From contig JAPLMU010000129.1 of the NCBI GenBank assembly GCA_026386795.1, forward strand, positions 7,497-71,496: a stretch of 64,000 bases of DNA, read 5' to 3'. Both the position numbers and the translations under genes were made by a program. Position 1 is the first letter of the stretch. Every line of letters begins with the position of its first letter. Below the pieces are notes generated by a model. That model saw only the letters and a list, made by a program, of their open reading frames with translations. It was not told the DNA's origin and did no database searches. Positions 60,593 to 64,000 of the stretch are shown piece after piece. This DNA comes from Planctomycetota bacterium (GTDB lineage: Bacteria; Planctomycetota; Phycisphaerae; Phycisphaerales; SM1A02).

Positions 60593-61936
60593 TTAGCTGA
60601 ATACTGGCAGCAAGTAGTCAAGCGTGGAAATTGTCGCCTGCGCTCCTGCAAGGAGCAGCGCGCCGAGTACTGCACGTCCCGCTGAGTGCGGCCGCGTGCG
60701 GTCGATACCAAGTGACACAAGCCAAGCGAGCGATACCAGTACCGCGGGGTCAAAGTAGCGCTGCCACACTTGAGAATTGCCGACCTGGACCACCATCAGT
60801 GCCAAGAGCGCAACAAGCACAATGGTTGCCTGCCGTCCCCGACGAATCTCAGCAGCCCGAATCCAGAGAACCGCGGCGAGCACCGCGCCCACCGCGGCAG
60901 CTGAAACGATGACAATTGATCGCCCGCCGATCGATGGGAATGCTTTCACAATCATCCAATGCGACCCGCCCCAACGGCCCTGCTCCACTGACCAGGTGCT
61001 CTCCGCTACCGTGGCGGCTACGAATCCAAGCAGCGCAATGACCCCAAGCCCCAACCAATGGCGTCGAACGGTCTGCGCCACTTCAGGCATAAGTGGCAAA
61101 AGTGCGATGCTCGCCCATGTCCCCATGAGCGCCATTCCATAGGCGGGCGCCACAGGGCTCAACCCGTTGTCATGCATCGAACGGAACGTGGCGGGCATCA
61201 ATCCGCCCCAGAGTTTCATGAGCGCCAAAAGCAATAACGCACCGGGAACAAGTGCGAAGCACGCCGCGGCAAGGCGGCTCCATGAACGCGGCTCGTCGCC
61301 GCTCCACTGCTCCGCGTCGGACGCTGATCGACCAAGAGGCGAGCCAAGAATGCCCGCTGCCAACACAGGTGCCGCCAAGAACACGTTTGTCTGCCGCACC
61401 GCAAGCGCGGCAACAAAGAGCACTGCAAGCGTGAGAAATGTGCGAGTTGTGGGCATCCACCAAGCGGAAACGGCAACCATAGCGGAGCCGATCAGCACCG
61501 AAAGCACATCGGTCGTGAGCCACGCGGATCCACTCAATATGTATGTCGAACAGAGGAGCGGCAATGCCAGCGCCAACCCGACCACCGGACCCGCGGCGCG
61601 TGCCGCCATACGCCACACCAAGAGCACAAGCGCTAGCCCGGCAAGCGATCCAATGATTCGAAGGCCATGAACACCCACGCCAAGCCGTGCCGGAATGGCC
61701 ATCAGTAAGTGATATCCCGGACCGGTGGCGCTTGGATAATCGTGCAGATCCGGCGTTGGCAATTGCGCGGCAAACTGCATGACGGTGGGCAGATGCGCTG
61801 TTGCTTCGTCCGACGCTTCGCTCGTGGAATCACTTCCAAAGAGGATCACTGGTAGCACAGCGAGCGCAAAGAGAAGCGCCAACACACCGGGCGCAACTAT
61901 CCACCATCTGCGATTGCTGTGAGTCAGTGTGTCCAC
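60593..61936 (-). CDS. GT-C fold membrane glycosyltransferase (ArnT/PMT/GT39-like)
   Basis: Ten or more hydrophobic segments. An acidic DE motif lies in the first extracytoplasmic loop (SDEATAHLP). It is adjacent to a polyprenyl-phosphate sugar donor enzyme. Confidence 0.55.
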   Translation of the reverse strand: MDTLTHSNRRWWIVAPGVLALLFALAVLPVILFGSDSTSEASDEATAHLPTVMQFAAQLPTPDLHDYPSATGPGYHLLMAIPARLGVGVHGLRIIGSLAGLALVLLVWRMAARAAGPVVGLALALPLLCSTYILSGSAWLTTDVLSVLIGSAMVAVSAWWMPTTRTFLTLAVLFVAALAVRQTNVFLAAPVLAAGILGSPLGRSASDAEQWSGDEPRSWSRLAAACFALVPGALLLLALMKLWGGLMPATFRSMHDNGLSPVAPAYGMALMGTWASIALLPLMPEVAQTVRRHWLGLGVIALLGFVAATVAESTWSVEQGRWGGSHWMIVKAFPSIGGRSIVIVSAAAVGAVLAAVLWIRAAEIRRGRQATIVLVALLALMVVQVGNSQVWQRYFDPAVLVSLAWLVSLGIDRTRPHSAGRAVLGALLLAGAQATISTLDYLLPVFS

Positions 61937-61945
61937 GCGTTCAAC

Positions 61946-62893
61946 TTACTTGAAGAGTGCGGCAAGTGCGGCTTCAGCGGGCGGCCAGAAGAGGACCACG
62001 AGCACCCCGATCGCAAAGAGGAGTGATGCCGCACGCGCACTGCGGTCAGACAACACAACGATCACCGGACTCTCCGCACGTCCCGAATTTGCCCGTAAAT
62101 ACAAGCGATGAACCACCACGAACACCAGCGGCGCAAGCAGTGCGAAACCCGTGGCGCGAACGCCAAAGATGGTGCGCGCGTGATCGCTCAGCGCGTAGAC
62201 CAGATAGGCCATCATGGTGACGGCACCCGTAGTAGAAAGGAGCCAGTTGAGATCCTCGGCGCTGTCGTAACCAGCGCGGGGCTTCCAATCCGTGCTGTCG
62301 CCTTGAGCGCGAGCGAGATCAGCAGCCCGTAGGTCACCGAGCCGCTTCACAAATCCCAAGAACAGGGTGAGCGCAAACACCACCACCACCAGCCATGTGG
62401 AGACAGCGATTCCCAGAGCGAGGGCGCCAGCCATTGCACGCAAGACGAATCCACTGGCAACCGTCACGACATCAAGGAGCCGCACCCGCTTCAACTTCAC
62501 GTTGTATGCCACCTGCAGCACAATGTAAGTACCGATCACCGCAAGGACTGCTGGTCGCACGCACCATGCCACCGCAACGGAGCCAATGATGAGTGCAACG
62601 CCGAGTGCCGTTGCAAACCCCGGTGTGACGGCACCAGATGCAACCGGTCGGCGTCGCTTGGTTGGATGCTTGCGATCTTCACTGCAATCGAGTGCATCGT
62701 TGATGGCATAGAAACCACTGCCTGCCATTGAGAATGCAATCACCGTGAGGGCAACCCGCCACAGTTGCTCGTTGACAACTTCTGACGCGGCACCACGCCC
62801 TTCACCAGCAAGCCAGAAGACGAGCGGAACCAGAACGAAGACGTTCTTGGCCCAGTCGCCGGGTCGAAGGAGTTTGAGGGGAGCGGGAAGCAT
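61946..62893 (-). CDS. decaprenyl-phosphate phosphoribosyltransferase-like UbiA family enzyme
   Basis: LRPGDWAKNVFVLVPLVF and YAINDALDCSEDRKHPTKRRRPVASG match the Rv3806c-type DPPR synthase signature. Confidence 0.85.
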   Translation of the reverse strand: MLPAPLKLLRPGDWAKNVFVLVPLVFWLAGEGRGAASEVVNEQLWRVALTVIAFSMAGSGFYAINDALDCSEDRKHPTKRRRPVASGAVTPGFATALGVALIIGSVAVAWCVRPAVLAVIGTYIVLQVAYNVKLKRVRLLDVVTVASGFVLRAMAGALALGIAVSTWLVVVVFALTLFLGFVKRLGDLRAADLARAQGDSTDWKPRAGYDSAEDLNWLLSTTGAVTMMAYLVYALSDHARTIFGVRATGFALLAPLVFVVVHRLYLRANSGRAESPVIVVLSDRSARAASLLFAIGVLVVLFWPPAEAALAALFK

Positions 62894-63047
62894 GCCACAT
62901 CAGTATCGGAATCTGCGGTCGGTTTCATTCCCAAAGTTCCTTAGGAAGCGGCGACTTCTAGTAGAAACTCATCCAAATAGACCCTCCGGACGCGAAATGG
63001 CGGGGTTACGCAGGCATATGCGCCCGCCTGGGGACCCTCAAGCCGCG

Positions 63048-64000
63048 TCACACCAAACGCGCAAGCACCGTATTCGCCACCATCATGCCCCGCGCCGTGA
63101 AGCGCAGCGCACCGTCACGATGCTCCATCATTCCTTCAGCAACGGCGTCCGCGATCGCGCGCGCCCGCTCCGCCCCGCGTTCACCAAGCTGCAGAATCTC
63201 CGCAAGCTCTCCTTCCGGAACGCCCGCGTGCAGGCGCAGTCCCATCATGAGCCGCTCACCAGCGCGCATGTCCGGCGTCACTCGCTCCACATCGACCGCG
63301 GGGCTTGCGCCCTCGGCTGCAAGCCAGTCGCCAAGGCGCGGCACATTCTTCCATCGAACACCCTGCGCGTGACCCGATGCACTTGGTCCAATTGCCAGCC
63401 AATCGCGATTGCGCCAATAGAGCAGGTTGTGGCGGCACTCCTCGGCGTGCGGATCGCCCGCGCGAACGCGGCCCCAATTGCTAACTTCGTAATGCGCGAA
63501 GCCCGCTTCGCGCAATACATCGGCTGCGCGCTCAAGCATCGATGCTTCCAATCCGTCATCGCACGGCTCGAACTCGCCGCGCTCCATGCGCACCGTCATG
63601 GCCGTGTTCGCTTCATACGTCAAGCCATAGCAACTGAGATGATCAGTTCCAAGGTCAAGCGCAGAACGTAGGTCTGATTCCCACTCTGCGAGCGTCCCGC
63701 CGGGAATTCCAAAGATCAAATCGACATTGATGCGCCCGATGCCGGCCGCGCGCAGAAATCCAATCGCGCGCGCAACACTCGCTGGATCGTGCCAACGCTC
63801 GAGCGTCTTCAAATGCCGTTCGTTGAAACTCTGCGCGCCAAGCGAAACACGGTTCACGCCGCTTTCAACAAGTGCATCGGCCACCTCTGCGGTGACGGTT
63901 TCTGGATTCGCTTCCACCGTCCACTCCGCGCCTGCAGCGAGTGGTAATCGCGAACGAATGGAACCAAGGACGGTGCGTAGCACTGGCGGTCGCAACAGCG
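63048..64000 (-). CDS. hemW: radical SAM heme chaperone HemW (HemN-like), N-terminus outside the window
   Basis: VNRVSLGAQSF, AGFAHYEVSNWGR and CRHNLLYWRNRDWLAIGPSASGH. The frame is open to the window end. Confidence 0.85.
   Translation of the reverse strand, partial: LLRPPVLRTVLGSIRSRLPLAAGAEWTVEANPETVTAEVADALVESGVNRVSLGAQSFNERHLKTLERWHDPASVARAIGFLRAAGIGRINVDLIFGIPGGTLAEWESDLRSALDLGTDHLSCYGLTYEANTAMTVRMERGEFEPCDDGLEASMLERAADVLREAGFAHYEVSNWGRVRAGDPHAEECRHNLLYWRNRDWLAIGPSASGHAQGVRWKNVPRLGDWLAAEGASPAVDVERVTPDMRAGERLMMGLRLHAGVPEGELAEILQLGERGAERARAIADAVAEGMMEHRDGALRFTARGMMVANTVLARLV

Noticed and set aside
62921-62960. Small palindrome TTCCT-T-AGGAA in the region upstream of the UbiA-family gene
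   Set aside because: The arms are only 5 bp and there is no second copy or known consensus. It is not distinguishable from chance.
62745-63671. 308-aa plus-strand ORF antisense to hemW and spanning the intergenic region
   Set aside because: No motifs and Arg/His-rich. hemW on the other strand is unambiguous.
1-64000. Search for tRNA, rRNA, tmRNA, SRP or RNase P RNA and riboswitch-like leaders in the gaps
   Set aside because: All non-coding gaps are under 250 bp. None showed cloverleaf-type arms or conserved RNA motifs that I could recognise by eye. A covariance-model scan would be needed to exclude small RNAs.

Overview
High-GC window (about 60-65% GC from spot counts), densely packed with about 62 protein-coding genes. 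I found no rRNA, tRNA, CRISPR array, transposase or integrase. The family content points to a Planctomycetota-like chromosome: a DUF1553/DUF1501 pair, an H-X9-DG prepilin-like protein, a PVC-type small basic protein and a MoxR-DUF58-BatA cluster. Most genes are housekeeping: pyrF, pyrD, folK, cinA, cdsA, nth, recX, ispD, ispA-dxs, rsmD, hemW, feoAB and yraN. Many neighbouring genes overlap by 4 bp (ATGA or GTGA), which suggests long co-translated operons. The most unusual region is a 13.5-kb, eight-gene minus-strand operon (31719-45197). There a MoxR/DUF58/BatA/VWA core carries an iron-type ABC binding protein and a permease fused in frame to an NHL propeller behind an internal lipoprotein signal. 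It also carries a membrane-anchored E/K/Q-rich coiled-coil protein and a terminal TPR::YggX fusion, and it lies next to a bfd-feoA-feoB locus. Other points worth a second look:
- A lower-GC four-gene segment (DUF4143 ATPase, AbrB-Doc toxin-antitoxin pair, secreted FGE-like protein).
- A small basic protein with a histone-H1-like AKP tail.
- A Tat motif out of frame with its DUF1501 gene.
- A (GCAT)5(GCAC)5 palindromic, alternating purine-pyrimidine tract.
- Recurrent TAnnnT boxes (TAGAAT, TACACT) sitting 6-11 nt from start codons, which suggests leaderless mRNAs.
- A DPPR-synthase/GT-C pair.
All product calls come from motif recognition by eye; no searches were run.
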